The notes beneath the pieces are model-generated. The model worked only from the letters and a program-made list of their open reading frames with translations. It had not been told where the DNA came from and made no database searches. DNA of 64,000 nt from Bacteroidales bacterium. Its GTDB lineage: Bacteria > Bacteroidota > Bacteroidia > Bacteroidales > ML635J-15. Location: the NCBI GenBank assembly GCA_017620015.1, contig JAFZRE010000004.1, positions 29,627 to 93,626 on the forward strand. Direction: 5' to 3'. Positions 30,664 to 40,603 of this stretch are shown here, one piece after another. Both the position numbers and the translations under genes were made by a program. Within the stretch, counting starts at the first letter, position 1; each line of letters starts with the position of its first letter.

Positions 30664-33600
30664 ATGGAATACAACTTTACGGAAATTGAACGCAAATGGC
30701 GCGAATACTGGAAGAAACACGACACCTACAAGGCTGTTATCGACAAATCTAAGCCCAAATACTACGTCCTCGACATGTTCCCTTATCCTTCTGGAGCAGG
30801 TTTGCACGTAGGACATCCGCTTGGATACATCGCTTCCGACATCTTTTCAAGATACAAGACTCTGAAAGGCTTCAACGTTTTGCACCCGATGGGCTATGAT
30901 GCCTTCGGTTTGCCAGCCGAACAGTACGCTATACAGACGGGCACTCACCCTGCAATAACAACAGAAAAGAACATTAACAAGTACCGCGAACAGCTCGACA
31001 ACCTCGGCTTTTCGTTCGACTGGAGCCGCGAAGTGCGCACCAGCGACCCGAAGTACTACAAGTGGACACAGTGGACTTTCATTCAGCTTTTCAACAGTTT
31101 CTACTGCAACAAATGCCAGAAAGCCCGTCCAATCGCTGAACTCGTTGCCGAATTTGCACAAAACGGCACAAAAAACATTGATGCAGCTTGCACCGAAGAC
31201 CTTTCGTTCACAGCAGATGAATGGAATTCGTGGGACGAAAAAAAGCAGCAGCAAGTTCTTATGAACTACCGCCTTGCATACCTTGCCGACATTCCTGTGA
31301 ACTGGTGTCCGAAACTCGGCACCGTGCTTGCCAACGACGAAGTTGTCGATGGTCTGTCGGTACGCGGCGGCTACCCTGTTGAGCGCAAGAAGATGCGCCA
31401 GTGGTCGTTGAGAATTACAGCCTACGCACAGAGACTACTCGACGGACTAAACACCGTTGATTTCCCAGAACCCGTAAAGGACATACAGAACAACTGGATA
31501 GGTCGTAGCGAAGGTGCTTCGGTATTCTTCGAAATCGAAGGCCGCAGCGAAAAAATGGAAATCTTCACCACCCGTCCCGATACCATTTTCGGCGTTTCGT
31601 TCATGGTAATTGCACCCGAACACGACCTTGCTCTTTCTCTCGCTACCGACGAGTATCGCGCAAAGGTTGAGGAGTATGTAACTTGGGCAAAGAACCGTTC
31701 TGATGTTGAGCGTATGGCCGAGAAGAAAGTCAGCGGACAAATGACAGGTTCCTACGCAATTAACCCATTCACAAAGGAACGTATTCCAATCTTCATCGCC
31801 GACTATGTATTAATAGGTTATGGTACTGGCGCAATTATGGCAGTTCCGGCACACGATAGCCGCGACTTTGCTTTCGCACGTCACTTCAATCTGCCTATTT
31901 CGCAGGTTGTTGCTAAGGAAGGAGCCGAAATCGTTCCAACCGACCAATGGACAGAATCGTTCGATTCGAAGGACGGCATTCTTATGAATTCCGATTTTCT
32001 CAACGGATTGCGCGTAAAGCAGGCTATCAAGGCTATGAACGACCGCATCGAGGAGATGGGCATAGGCAAGCGCAAAGTTAACTACCGTCTGCGCGATGCT
32101 ATTTTCAGCCGTCAGCGCTACTGGGGCGAACCGTTCCCAATTTACTACAAGGACGGCATCCCGTATCCGCTCGACGAGTCGAAACTTCCGCTCGAACTTC
32201 CCGAAGTTGACAAATATTTGCCAACCGAAACTGGTGAGCCACCACTGGCACGCGCAAAGAACTGGTGTACACCCGAAGGCTACAAGTACGAAACCTCGAC
32301 AATGCCAGGATTTGCTGGTTCGTCGGCATATTACCTGCGCTACACTGACCCGCACAACGACGAGATGATTTTCTCGCCAGAGGCAGTAAACTACTGGCAG
32401 AATGTTGACCTCTACATCGGTGGTCGCGAACACGCAACCGGACACCTTATATATTCGCGCTTCTGGAACAAGTTCCTCTACGACCTCGGATTGGTTCCCA
32501 ACGAAGAACCATACAAGAAGCTCATCAACCAGGGTATGATTCAGGGTCGTTCGAACTTCGTTTACCGCGTCAGCAGTTTCGAGAAGATGGCTGAATATAA
32601 GGTTTGGCAGTTGTTGAAAGACAAGAAGTTGGGCGTTGAATTCAAGCAGGACTACAAGGATGGCAAACGCCGTTTCGACTTCTACTGCGATGAAAAGAAA
32701 ATCCTTATTGAAATTAAGCGCGAACATTCGCTCGAAAAGGTTGCCGAAGCATACAGCGAATACGCAAAGGACAAGGGCTACAGGATTCTGCTTATCTCTA
32801 TCTTCGATGTTATGAACCGCATCAATGTGGTTGAGCAGAAGATTAAGGATTTGGTTGCAGGCGGTGATGTTCCAGAATTCGAGGAAGGCGAAGCATTTGT
32901 TCCGATTAACCTATTCATTTCGAAGAACATTCCAGGTCGCGAAGAATTCACCGTTCCGATTCATGTTGACATCAACATTGTAAGCAACGACATCCTCGAC
33001 ATTGACAAGTTCCGCCAGTGGAGGCCAGACTTCAACGACGCACAGTTCGTTCTTGAAGACGGAAAGTATGTTTGCGGATGGGAAATCGAGAAGATGTCGA
33101 AGTCGATGTACAACGTTCAGAACCCCGACGACCTTGTAGAACGCTACGGAGCCGACACCTTGAGGCTTTACGAAATGTTCCTAGGTCCTGTTGAGCAGGC
33201 TAAACCATGGGATACCAACGGAATAGAAGGTGTTGCAAGGTTCATAAAGAAGTTCTGGCGTATGTTCCACGACGAGGACAACAATTTCTGCATTTCGAAT
33301 GAAAAGGCTACGCCTGCAGAACTGAAGACTTTGCACAATACTATCAAGAAAGTTACCGACGACATTGAAAGGTTCTCGTTCAATACTTGTGTAAGCTGCT
33401 TCATGATTTGCTGCAACGAACTTGGCAAGTGCAACAAGCGCGAAATCCTTGAACCGCTTTGCGTTCTTATTTCGCCCTACGCTCCGCATATCGCCGAGGA
33501 ACTGTGGCACGAATTCGGACACGATACATCGGTAACCAAGGCTCAATGGCCAGAATATAACGAGGCTTACACCAAGGAAACAACATTCACTTACCCGATT

Positions 33601-33771
33601 TCGTTCAACGGAAAGATGCGTTTTAACCTCGAACTTCCGCTTGACATGAACCCGAAGCAAATCGAGGACACCGTAATGGCTAACGAATACACAAAGAAAT
33701 ACACCGACGGAAAACAGGTAGCAAAGGTTATCGTTGTTCCGAAGAAGATTGTGAACATCGTGGTTAAATAA
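30664..33771 (+). CDS. leuS: Leucine--tRNA ligase carrying an extra in-frame DUF559-like insertion of about 114 aa
   Basis: [16 protein letters not shown] (HIGH motif), the CP1 editing region and [10 protein letters not shown] (KMSKS motif). It is 1035 aa, longer than the roughly 920-950 aa I remember for Bacteroidota LeuRS. The insert spans aa 636-749. Confidence 0.95.
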   Translation: MEYNFTEIERKWREYWKKHDTYKAVIDKSKPKYYVLDMFPYPSGAGLHVGHPLGYIASDIFSRYKTLKGFNVLHPMGYDAFGLPAEQYAIQTGTHPAITTEKNINKYREQLDNLGFSFDWSREVRTSDPKYYKWTQWTFIQLFNSFYCNKCQKARPIAELVAEFAQNGTKNIDAACTEDLSFTADEWNSWDEKKQQQVLMNYRLAYLADIPVNWCPKLGTVLANDEVVDGLSVRGGYPVERKKMRQWSLRITAYAQRLLDGLNTVDFPEPVKDIQNNWIGRSEGASVFFEIEGRSEKMEIFTTRPDTIFGVSFMVIAPEHDLALSLATDEYRAKVEEYVTWAKNRSDVERMAEKKVSGQMTGSYAINPFTKERIPIFIADYVLIGYGTGAIMAVPAHDSRDFAFARHFNLPISQVVAKEGAEIVPTDQWTESFDSKDGILMNSDFLNGLRVKQAIKAMNDRIEEMGIGKRKVNYRLRDAIFSRQRYWGEPFPIYYKDGIPYPLDESKLPLELPEVDKYLPTETGEPPLARAKNWCTPEGYKYETSTMPGFAGSSAYYLRYTDPHNDEMIFSPEAVNYWQNVDLYIGGREHATGHLIYSRFWNKFLYDLGLVPNEEPYKKLINQGMIQGRSNFVYRVSSFEKMAEYKVWQLLKDKKLGVEFKQDYKDGKRRFDFYCDEKKILIEIKREHSLEKVAEAYSEYAKDKGYRILLISIFDVMNRINVVEQKIKDLVAGGDVPEFEEGEAFVPINLFISKNIPGREEFTVPIHVDINIVSNDILDIDKFRQWRPDFNDAQFVLEDGKYVCGWEIEKMSKSMYNVQNPDDLVERYGADTLRLYEMFLGPVEQAKPWDTNGIEGVARFIKKFWRMFHDEDNNFCISNEKATPAELKTLHNTIKKVTDDIERFSFNTCVSCFMICCNELGKCNKREILEPLCVLISPYAPHIAEELWHEFGHDTSVTKAQWPEYNEAYTKETTFTYPISFNGKMRFNLELPLDMNPKQIEDTVMANEYTKKYTDGKQVAKVIVVPKKIVNIVVK

Positions 33772-33791
33772 TCGAACGTCTAAAAATAAAG

Positions 33792-33841
33792 AACGGCACT
33801 CCAGATTCTGAAACGAATTCAGATGACGGGTGCCGTTTTTT
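33792..33841 (+). terminator. Rho-independent terminator after leuS
   Basis: AACGGCAC (33792-33799) pairs with GTGCCGTT (33830-33837), with an inner TCTGAA/TTCAGA pairing, followed by a T-run. Confidence 0.75.
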
Positions 33842-33895
33842 ATTACCTCCAACAAAATATTTTTTTACATCGCACATACATAATAGAATTTCTCT

Positions 33896-33903
33896 TAAAT
33901 TTG
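33896..33903 (+). promoter_or_regulatory. Candidate -7 box (TAAATTTG)
   Basis: It lies 16 nt upstream of the ATG at 33920. Confidence 0.4.
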
Positions 33904-33919
33904 TGTGAAATTTTTTATA

Positions 33920-34537
33920 ATGGAAAACATACGAAACCTGATATTCGACTTGGGCAATGTTATCCTCAACATCGATACAAAGTTGAGCGAAATCGCTTTT
34001 GCCAAATACGGGATGAACGATTTTGAAAAACTATATACACTTGCATCCCAAAACGAACTTTTTGACCGTCTAGAAGTGGGAAGCATCACCGAAAACGAGT
34101 TCTACGACGAGTTTCGCAAGGTAACAGGCTGCAAGTTGGACAACCAAATCCTAGAGCAATGCTGGAATGCACTAATTATGGATTTTCCTGCTGCACGAAT
34201 CGAAATGCTGAAACGGCTGAAAAAAGAAGGTAAATACCGCACATTCATCCTCAGCAACACCAACATAATCCACTACCGATTTTACACTGCACTGCTAAAG
34301 CGAACATACGGCATCAACGGCCTCGATAGCCTTGTTGAACATGCCTATTTCTCGCACGAAATCGGCCTAAAGAAGCCCAACCGCGATATTTTCGACTACG
34401 TCGTCGCCAAATCGCACATCAAGCCCGAAGAAAGCATCTTCATCGATGACAACGAAGCCAACATAAAAGCAGCAAATGCATTGGGATTCAATACTATATT
34501 CCTGAAGGACAACAACATGGAAAACTTAAAATTTTAG
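33920..34537 (+). CDS. HAD-superfamily hydrolase (subfamily IA-like)
   Basis: LIFDLGNVIL (motif I), ILSNTN (motif II) and IFIDDNEANIKAA (motif IV). The start is at MENIRN... Confidence 0.8.
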   Translation: MENIRNLIFDLGNVILNIDTKLSEIAFAKYGMNDFEKLYTLASQNELFDRLEVGSITENEFYDEFRKVTGCKLDNQILEQCWNALIMDFPAARIEMLKRLKKEGKYRTFILSNTNIIHYRFYTALLKRTYGINGLDSLVEHAYFSHEIGLKKPNRDIFDYVVAKSHIKPEESIFIDDNEANIKAANALGFNTIFLKDNNMENLKF

Positions 34538-34563
34538 ATAATAAACTTAAAATCATCAGCACA

Positions 34564-35829
34564 ATGAAACTAAACATCGAAAAAGCACTCGGCAACAACG
34601 CCAAATATCAGGAAATGCTCAAACTTGCACAGGAAAAGTTTGAAACACTTACAGCAGGCACTGGCGAAGGGAACGACTTCCTCGGCTGGCTTGACTTGCC
34701 AACATCATACAGCGACGAAGATATCGAAGATATACTTAACATCGCTGACCGTATGCGTAAACTTGACTGCGTAGTTGTAATAGGCATCGGTGGCTCGTAC
34801 CTCGGAGCAAAGGCAACAATTGAAGCGTTAAGGCCTCATTTCGGAAAGATGGATACCGAAATGATTTTCGCAGGACATACCCTCAGCGGCAACTACCACG
34901 CAGAACTCATGGAATACTTGAGCGACAAGGAATTCGGTATAGTTGTAATTTCGAAGTCGGGAACTACAACCGAACCGGCAGTTGCATTCAGGCTTCTCTA
35001 CAACGAAATGAAGAAACGCTTCGACAACGCTACAATCCGCGACCGTATCGTAGTAATTACCGATGAAAATAAAGGCGCACTCCGCACACTTTGCGACAAG
35101 GAAGGTTTCGACGACTTCATCATTGCTGACAATGTTGGCGGCCGCTTCTCGGTATTGTCGCCTGTAGGACTTGTGCCGATCGCAATTGCAGGTTTTGACA
35201 TCGAAGAAATGCTTCACGGCGCATCGCTTGCACAAGACATTTGCCTAGAAAACAACGAGAAAAACCCGGCAATTCAATACGCTGCAGTAAGAAATATGCT
35301 TTTCAGCGAAGGCAGAAAGGTCGAACTAATGGTTAACTACAATCCGCGTCTATGCTACTTTGCAGAATGGTGGAAACAACTCTACGGCGAAAGCGAAGGC
35401 AAGAATGGCAAGGGCTTGTTCCCTGCATCGGTATCGTACACAACCGACCTTCACTCGCTCGGACAATTCGTTCAGGATGGCAGCCCAATCCTTTTCGAGA
35501 CCGTACTCTGGGTTGACGACGACTGCGACGCTCCTGTTGTTCCCCACGATGACGAAAACCTCGACAAGCTCAACTACCTTGAAGGCAAGAACATGGAATA
35601 CATCAACAGCAAGGCTGCCGAAGGCACAATGAACGCACACGTGGCAGGCAACGTTCCAAACCTCCGCATCGAAATTGATGCTGTAGATGAGTTCAACCTC
35701 GGATATATGATGTTCTTCTTTGAGTTTGCTTGCGGTATCAGCGCATATATGCTTGGCGTAAATCCATTCAACCAGCCAGGCGTTGAAGCATACAAGAAGG
35801 AAATGTTCAGGCTACTGGGGAAAGAATAA
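34564..35829 (+). CDS. pgi: Glucose-6-phosphate isomerase (short Firmicutes/Bacteroidota type)
   Basis: ..VVIGIGGSYLGA.., ..ISKSGTTTEP.., ..GGRFSVLSPVGL.. and ..WKQLYGESEGK.. are SIS/PGI signatures. Confidence 0.9.
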   Translation: MKLNIEKALGNNAKYQEMLKLAQEKFETLTAGTGEGNDFLGWLDLPTSYSDEDIEDILNIADRMRKLDCVVVIGIGGSYLGAKATIEALRPHFGKMDTEMIFAGHTLSGNYHAELMEYLSDKEFGIVVISKSGTTTEPAVAFRLLYNEMKKRFDNATIRDRIVVITDENKGALRTLCDKEGFDDFIIADNVGGRFSVLSPVGLVPIAIAGFDIEEMLHGASLAQDICLENNEKNPAIQYAAVRNMLFSEGRKVELMVNYNPRLCYFAEWWKQLYGESEGKNGKGLFPASVSYTTDLHSLGQFVQDGSPILFETVLWVDDDCDAPVVPHDDENLDKLNYLEGKNMEYINSKAAEGTMNAHVAGNVPNLRIEIDAVDEFNLGYMMFFFEFACGISAYMLGVNPFNQPGVEAYKKEMFRLLGKE

Positions 35830-35840
35830 TGACTAAAAGC

Positions 35841-35930
35841 TAACAGGCTAAAAAGGTTGCCCCCAAACGTTAAAGCCTTTAAAGGCGTTAACGACCTTAA
35901 GGCTTGGGGGCAATAACTTTAGCCTGTTAA
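35841..35930. repeat. Compound intergenic palindrome of about 90 nt between pgi and idi
   Basis: TAACAGGCTAAA and TTGCCCCCAA pair with TTGGGGGCAA and TTTAGCCTGTTA. Inner palindromes are CGTTAA/TTAACG, GCCTTTAAAGGC and CCTTAAGG. No clean T-run follows. Confidence 0.7.
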
Positions 35931-35943
35931 CCTTATAAAAAAA

Positions 35944-36438
35944 ATGGAAAACATCGCCCTCGTATCGCACGACGACCAAATAACCGGATATGCGCCGAAA
36001 CTCCTTGTCCACCAGCAGGGCTTACTACATCGTGCTTTTTCGATAGTGGTGTTCAACGACAAAGGCGAAATCCTGATGCAGAAACGCGCTGCAACAAAAT
36101 ACCACTCTGGTGGACTATGGACAAACACCTGCTGCAGCCACCTTGTCGAAGGCAAGGAGATGGAGACCTATATGCACGAGCGACTGCAACACGAAATGGG
36201 ATTCGACTGCGAACTGCAATTTGCGTTCAGTTTCCACTATACGGCCAAGTTCGAAAATGGTCTAACCGAGAACGAGATAGACCATGTATATACTGGCAAA
36301 TGGAACGGCACTCCACTACCCGACCCCACCGAAGCCGACGGCTACCGATGGGCACCGCTGAACGAAATAAAATCTGAAATTGAAAAGAACCCAGATTCGT
36401 TTACATATTGGTTCAAAGAGATTATCGGAAAATTATAA
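35944..36438 (+). CDS. idi: Isopentenyl-diphosphate delta-isomerase, type 1 (Nudix fold)
   Basis: ..LLHRAFSIVVFN..GEILMQKRAATKYHSGGLWTNTCCSH..E..E.. is colinear with type-1 IDI. Confidence 0.85.
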   Translation: MENIALVSHDDQITGYAPKLLVHQQGLLHRAFSIVVFNDKGEILMQKRAATKYHSGGLWTNTCCSHLVEGKEMETYMHERLQHEMGFDCELQFAFSFHYTAKFENGLTENEIDHVYTGKWNGTPLPDPTEADGYRWAPLNEIKSEIEKNPDSFTYWFKEIIGKL

Positions 36439-36443
36439 AAAAA

Positions 36444-36476
36444 CAAAAAATGCAGCCAAAACGACTGCATTTTTTT
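36444..36476. terminator. Bidirectional hairpin terminator between idi (+) and the PKD lipoprotein gene (-)
   Basis: A-run, ATGCAG (36450-36455) pairing with CTGCAT (36465-36470), then a T-run. Confidence 0.65.
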
Positions 36477-36496
36477 GTTATTATAAGTATAACTTT

Positions 36497-37234
36497 TTAG
36501 ACCGTTGCTGTTATTGTGCATTCTACATAACCAGTTACCTTTACTCCGTTATCGTCTGTAAACTCAATATCGAAAGTGTAATTATTACCATCTTTAGTAA
36601 CAACAACGGAACCAGAATTAGCATATATTGAAGAACCATTATCTGTATCAAAATTATAATCGGTAAATAATTCAAGCCAATTGCATGTTCCTAAAATCGG
36701 AGTAACACTTGTATTGTACCTATATGTTCCTGCGACTAAAGAATTGGCATACAAATCAATTTCTAACATATTTCCACTTCCGGAAAACCACTCTGTTGAA
36801 GAATTGTAAATCAATTCATTTTTGTTGTAAAAATACAAGTAATAATTCATTCCACCATTAACAGCCTCCTCACGAATAACCTGAAATTCTGTTATAGGAT
36901 AATGTATATTGTTAACTACAAACTCATTATGTTTCTTAACAGTAATAACCAAAGAAGCAACGGAAGCATTCTTTTTTGTGTTAGCATGAAGATATACAGT
37001 ATATGTTCCTGCCACTTCATATGTATGCTTTGGACTAAACTCGGTCGATGACTTTCCATCACCGAAATCCCAGTAATAAGAATCTGCGTCAACTGAAGCA
37101 TTTTTAAAAGTTACCTCATCACCAACATAAACCACATCACTATCTACACTAAATAAAGCCAATGGGTCTTTGGCACATCCAGAAAAAACAATAGCAGAAA
37201 TTGCTACAATCAATAATAATTTTAAGCTTTTCAT
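36497..37234 (-). CDS. PKD-domain lipoprotein
   Basis: Lipobox MKSLKLLLIVAISAIVFSGC at the Met at 37234. PKD unit ..VTFKNASVDADSYYWDFGDGKSSTEFSPKHTYEVAGTYTVYLHA... Confidence 0.8.
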   Translation of the reverse strand: MKSLKLLLIVAISAIVFSGCAKDPLALFSVDSDVVYVGDEVTFKNASVDADSYYWDFGDGKSSTEFSPKHTYEVAGTYTVYLHANTKKNASVASLVITVKKHNEFVVNNIHYPITEFQVIREEAVNGGMNYYLYFYNKNELIYNSSTEWFSGSGNMLEIDLYANSLVAGTYRYNTSVTPILGTCNWLELFTDYNFDTDNGSSIYANSGSVVVTKDGNNYTFDIEFTDDNGVKVTGYVECTITATV

Positions 37235-37343
37235 TATTCTAATTTTTTTAAATTTATGATGCAAATGTAATAATTACTGCAATAATATTACAATTATTTC
37301 TGCAATAAAAATACAATAAATATTATAACTAAATTATAAAACA

Positions 37344-37691
37344 TTGATTTCTAATAGAATAACAGAAATAAGAAAGCTAAAGAAAATTACAGAAAAAGAA
37401 CTATCCGAAAAGATAGGAATGAGTCTTACTGGCTTTCGACAAGCACTTGCCAACGATGATTTCAAGGTTCGTACATTGCAAAAAATTGCAAAATGCTTAA
37501 ATGTTGACATTTCTGTTCTGCTAAAGGAAATCGAAATTGAAAGTCTAAACGACACTACTGCAGAATGTCCGAACTGCAAATTAAAAGATGACATTATTGA
37601 AAGCAAAAATCAGATAATCAAGGAACAGGAAACTCTTATTCAACAGATGCAGAATTTCATTGAGAAAACAAATCAAAACACAGAAAACTAA
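37344..37691 (+). CDS. XRE-family helix-turn-helix regulator with a C-terminal coiled-coil
   Basis: ITEIRKLKKITEKELSEKIGMSLTGFRQAL is the HTH. It uses a TTG start, since no in-frame ATG lies upstream of the HTH and there is a stop at 37326. Confidence 0.7.
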   Translation: MISNRITEIRKLKKITEKELSEKIGMSLTGFRQALANDDFKVRTLQKIAKCLNVDISVLLKEIEIESLNDTTAECPNCKLKDDIIESKNQIIKEQETLIQQMQNFIEKTNQNTEN

Positions 37692-37765
37692 ACTGTTGTT
37701 TACACATTCCATCTTTACAAAATTCTCTTTTTAGTTTACTCACATAAAATCCCGAAAATTTTATG

Positions 37766-37773
37766 TAAGTTTG
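37766..37773 (+). promoter_or_regulatory. Candidate -7 box (TAAGTTTG) for clpP-clpX
   Basis: It lies 19 nt upstream of the ATG at 37793. Confidence 0.45.
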
Positions 37774-37792
37774 CATCCTAAAAAAATGACGC

Positions 37793-38473
37793 ATGAACTA
37801 TAATAATGATTTTCGCAAGTACGCCGTAAAGCACAGAGGCGTAAACGGTCTAGTTTTCGACCAGTACACAAGCATTTACAACGGTTATATCAACCCTACC
37901 ATCATTGAGGAGAGAACACTAAACGTTGCACAGATGGACGTATTTTCACGACTGATGATGGATAGGATAATTTTCCTTGGCACACCTATAAACGATGATG
38001 TTGCAAACATTATTCAGGCACAGTTGCTTTTCCTCGAAAGCAGCGACCCCAACAAGGACATACAGATATATTTCAACTCTCCGGGCGGTTCGGTTTACGC
38101 TGGTCTCGGCATCTACGACACAATGCAGTACATACGTTCCGACGTGGCTACCATCTGCACAGGCATGGCCGCTTCGATGGCTGCAGTATTGCTTTGCGCT
38201 GGCGCACACGGAAAGCGCTCGGCACTGAAGCATTCGCGCGTGATGATTCACCAGCCTATGGGTGGAGCCGAAGGTCAGGCATCCGACATCGAAATCACAG
38301 CAAAGGAAATCTTGAAGCTCCGCGAAGAACTGTATGAAATCATCGCCAACCACTCACACCAGTCAATCGAAAAGGTACGTGTAGATTCCGACCGCGACCA
38401 CTGGATGATTGCAGAGGAAGCAAAGGAATACGGAATGATTGACGAAATTTTGTATAGGGAAATCGAATACTAA
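37793..38473 (+). CDS. clpP: ATP-dependent Clp protease proteolytic subunit
   Basis: ..[41 protein letters not shown].. gives the Ser/His catalytic motifs. Confidence 0.95.
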   Translation: MNYNNDFRKYAVKHRGVNGLVFDQYTSIYNGYINPTIIEERTLNVAQMDVFSRLMMDRIIFLGTPINDDVANIIQAQLLFLESSDPNKDIQIYFNSPGGSVYAGLGIYDTMQYIRSDVATICTGMAASMAAVLLCAGAHGKRSALKHSRVMIHQPMGGAEGQASDIEITAKEILKLREELYEIIANHSHQSIEKVRVDSDRDHWMIAEEAKEYGMIDEILYREIEY

Positions 38474-38509
38474 ATAATGTACAATTGACAATGAATAATG
38501 GATAATTTT

Positions 38510-38537
38510 GTAGCGACGCGCCATGGCACGTCGCTAC
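38510..38537. repeat. GTAGCGACG...CGTCGCTAC palindromic intergenic element (family member 2 of 3)
   Basis: GTAGCGACG cgccatggca CGTCGCTAC, followed by AT-rich ATTATCAA-type short repeats to about 38590. Confidence 0.75.
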
Positions 38538-38590
38538 TACAGATTATCAAATTATCAAATCATCGAATTTTCAAATTTTTGAATCATCTA

Positions 38591-39814
38591 ATGGACAAAA
38601 ACGATAGGTGTTCGTTGTGCGGACGTTCGCGTAAGGAAGTTGGAATCCTATTCCAGGGTGTCAACGGAAACATCTGTGACGACTGCATAAGACGAGGATA
38701 CGAGATACTGAAGGAAGAAGAGCAGTTTCATAAAAACGACAAGCCTGCAAAAGCTGCTGTCAACTTAAAGAAGCCCAAGGAAATAAAGGCCTTCCTCGAT
38801 GACTATGTAATCGGGCAGGACTATGCAAAGAAAGTATTGTCGGTAGCCGTATATAACCACTACAAGCGCATCAGCCAGGAAAAGAACGATGTTGACATCG
38901 AAAAATCGAACATAATAATGGTCGGAGAAACAGGCACAGGCAAGACATTGCTGGCCAAGACAATAGCCAAAATGCTCAATGTACCGTTCGCAATAGTTGA
39001 TGCAACCGTGCTTACCGAAGCCGGTTATGTCGGCGAAGACATCGAAAGTTTGCTAACCCGTCTGCTTCAGGCTGCCGACTACGATGTGGCATCGGCAGAA
39101 CAAGGCATTGTCTTCATTGACGAAATAGATAAGATTGCCCGCAAAGGCGACAATCCAAGCATCACCCGCGATGTTTCGGGCGAAGGTGTACAGCAGGGAC
39201 TTCTAAAGTTGCTCGAAGGTTCGATAGTGAACGTCCCACCGCAAGGTGGCCGCAAGCACCCCGAACAGAAGATGATTCCCGTAGATACAAAGAACATATT
39301 GTTTATCTGCGGAGGAGCATTCGAAGGTCTCGACAAGATTATCGCACGTCGCATGAATACGCAGGTGGTGGGCTACGGAACGCAGAAAAACATAGAGAAA
39401 ATCGACAGCAAGAACATGTTGCAGTACGTTATTCCCGAGGACATCCGCAAGTTCGGCCTTATCCCCGAAATAGTAGGTCGTTTGCCAGTTCTTGCCTACC
39501 TTAACCCACTAGACCGCGAAACTCTGAGGATGATTCTTACAGAGCCTAAGAATTCCATTGTAAACCAGTACATAAAGCTGTTCAAGATTGATGGAATTGA
39601 CATCAAGTTCGATGATGATGCGTTGGACTATATTGTTGACCAGGCAATTTCGTTCAAACTGGGAGCAAGAGGTCTGCGTTCTATTTGCGAATCAATAATG
39701 CTAGAGGCTATGTTTGAAATGCCGTCGGAAAAGAAAAAGTCGTTTGTCGTAACAAAGGAATATGCCGAAAGCAAAATCGACAAGACTGCGGCAATTAAAT
39801 TTAGGAACGCGTAA
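38591..39814 (+). CDS. clpX: ATP-dependent Clp protease ATP-binding subunit ClpX
   Basis: Zinc ribbon CSLCGRS..C.DC, Walker A GETGTGKT, Walker B VFIDEIDK and the pore loop GYVG. The start is set at [11 protein letters not shown] (38591), because the upstream ORF extension runs through the palindromic repeat. Confidence 0.95.
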   Translation: MDKNDRCSLCGRSRKEVGILFQGVNGNICDDCIRRGYEILKEEEQFHKNDKPAKAAVNLKKPKEIKAFLDDYVIGQDYAKKVLSVAVYNHYKRISQEKNDVDIEKSNIIMVGETGTGKTLLAKTIAKMLNVPFAIVDATVLTEAGYVGEDIESLLTRLLQAADYDVASAEQGIVFIDEIDKIARKGDNPSITRDVSGEGVQQGLLKLLEGSIVNVPPQGGRKHPEQKMIPVDTKNILFICGGAFEGLDKIIARRMNTQVVGYGTQKNIEKIDSKNMLQYVIPEDIRKFGLIPEIVGRLPVLAYLNPLDRETLRMILTEPKNSIVNQYIKLFKIDGIDIKFDDDALDYIVDQAISFKLGARGLRSICESIMLEAMFEMPSEKKKSFVVTKEYAESKIDKTAAIKFRNA

Positions 39815-39832
39815 AATACGCTAAAATACTGG

Positions 39833-39873
39833 TAACCCATCATGTTCCGATGAACATTGATGGGTTATTTTTT
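39833..39873. terminator. Bidirectional terminator between clpX (+) and the lipoprotein gene (-)
   Basis: TAACCCATCA (39833-39842) pairs with TGATGGGTTA (39858-39867), followed by T6. Confidence 0.8.
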
Positions 39874-39876
39874 CCA

Positions 39877-40542
39877 TTAGTAATTCCATGTATAATTTAT
39901 TGTTGAGTCCTGTTCACAAATGAACTTCTTGCTCCTGAACTCAGAAGTTCCCTTACGTACTAGGTAACGGTTTACTGTTATTTCGTCGCCAGCGACAATG
40001 TTACACACAAATTCTTCGTTAACGCCTAGACCTTCAAACGAATAATAATCCGATGAGCAACACTCGGAACATAGCGGATTTATTCCCTCAACTTTAATCC
40101 TTGCAACATCGTTTTCATCGCCCTGATATGCACCGTATGCGTTGCGAATCTTAAAATGTATGTAGCCAGCCTTGGGAATTGCCATATTTTTTTCGTACTC
40201 CGAAGCGGTTTCTTCTGGCATAAAGTCCAATACATTGGGATGATAGCCGTCCTTTGAAATGCGCAGGCTATATTCACCAGCAGCAACAGGTTCAAATTCA
40301 AGGCTGTAGTTTCCTTCGGCATCGGTAACCGTTGATGCAAATTTTTCAAAAGTGCCCGAATAGCTGCCAGAAGTTATCCTTGTCAAATATAAATCAACAT
40401 TCACATTGCCTACCGCTTCGCCAGTTGACATATCGGAAACTTTTCCATAAATGTGATTTTCAGCCTTTTTGCACGAACTTACACCAACTCCAAATGCAAT
40501 GATAATCAATGCGATGAAAAAAATATTTTTTATTCCGTTCAT
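39877..40542 (-). CDS. Lipoprotein with a carboxypeptidase-regulatory-like (CarboxypepD_reg) domain
   Basis: The true start is MNGIKNIFFIALIIIAFGVGVSSC (lipobox) at 40542. Domain pattern YGKVSDMSTGEAVGNVNVDL..TDAEGNYSLEF... The 434-aa ORF-track version is extended antisense through pepD. Confidence 0.75.
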   Translation of the reverse strand: MNGIKNIFFIALIIIAFGVGVSSCKKAENHIYGKVSDMSTGEAVGNVNVDLYLTRITSGSYSGTFEKFASTVTDAEGNYSLEFEPVAAGEYSLRISKDGYHPNVLDFMPEETASEYEKNMAIPKAGYIHFKIRNAYGAYQGDENDVARIKVEGINPLCSECCSSDYYSFEGLGVNEEFVCNIVAGDEITVNRYLVRKGTSEFRSKKFICEQDSTINYTWNY

Positions 40543-40603
40543 TTTTTTTGCTGTTAGTCCGATAAGTATTAATTTCGTTGTCAAAATTAATAAAAATTTT
40601 TCT

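Noticed and set aside
31810-33855. Long minus-strand ORFs (305 aa and 224 aa) inside leuS
   Set aside because: These are shadow ORFs antisense to a highly conserved aaRS gene, and no domain signatures were seen.
38498-38590. 31-codon N-terminal extension of clpX in the ORF track
   Set aside because: The extension translates the palindromic repeat and AT-rich word repeats (..[26 protein letters not shown]). ClpX homologs begin at the zinc-ribbon segment ([11 protein letters not shown]).
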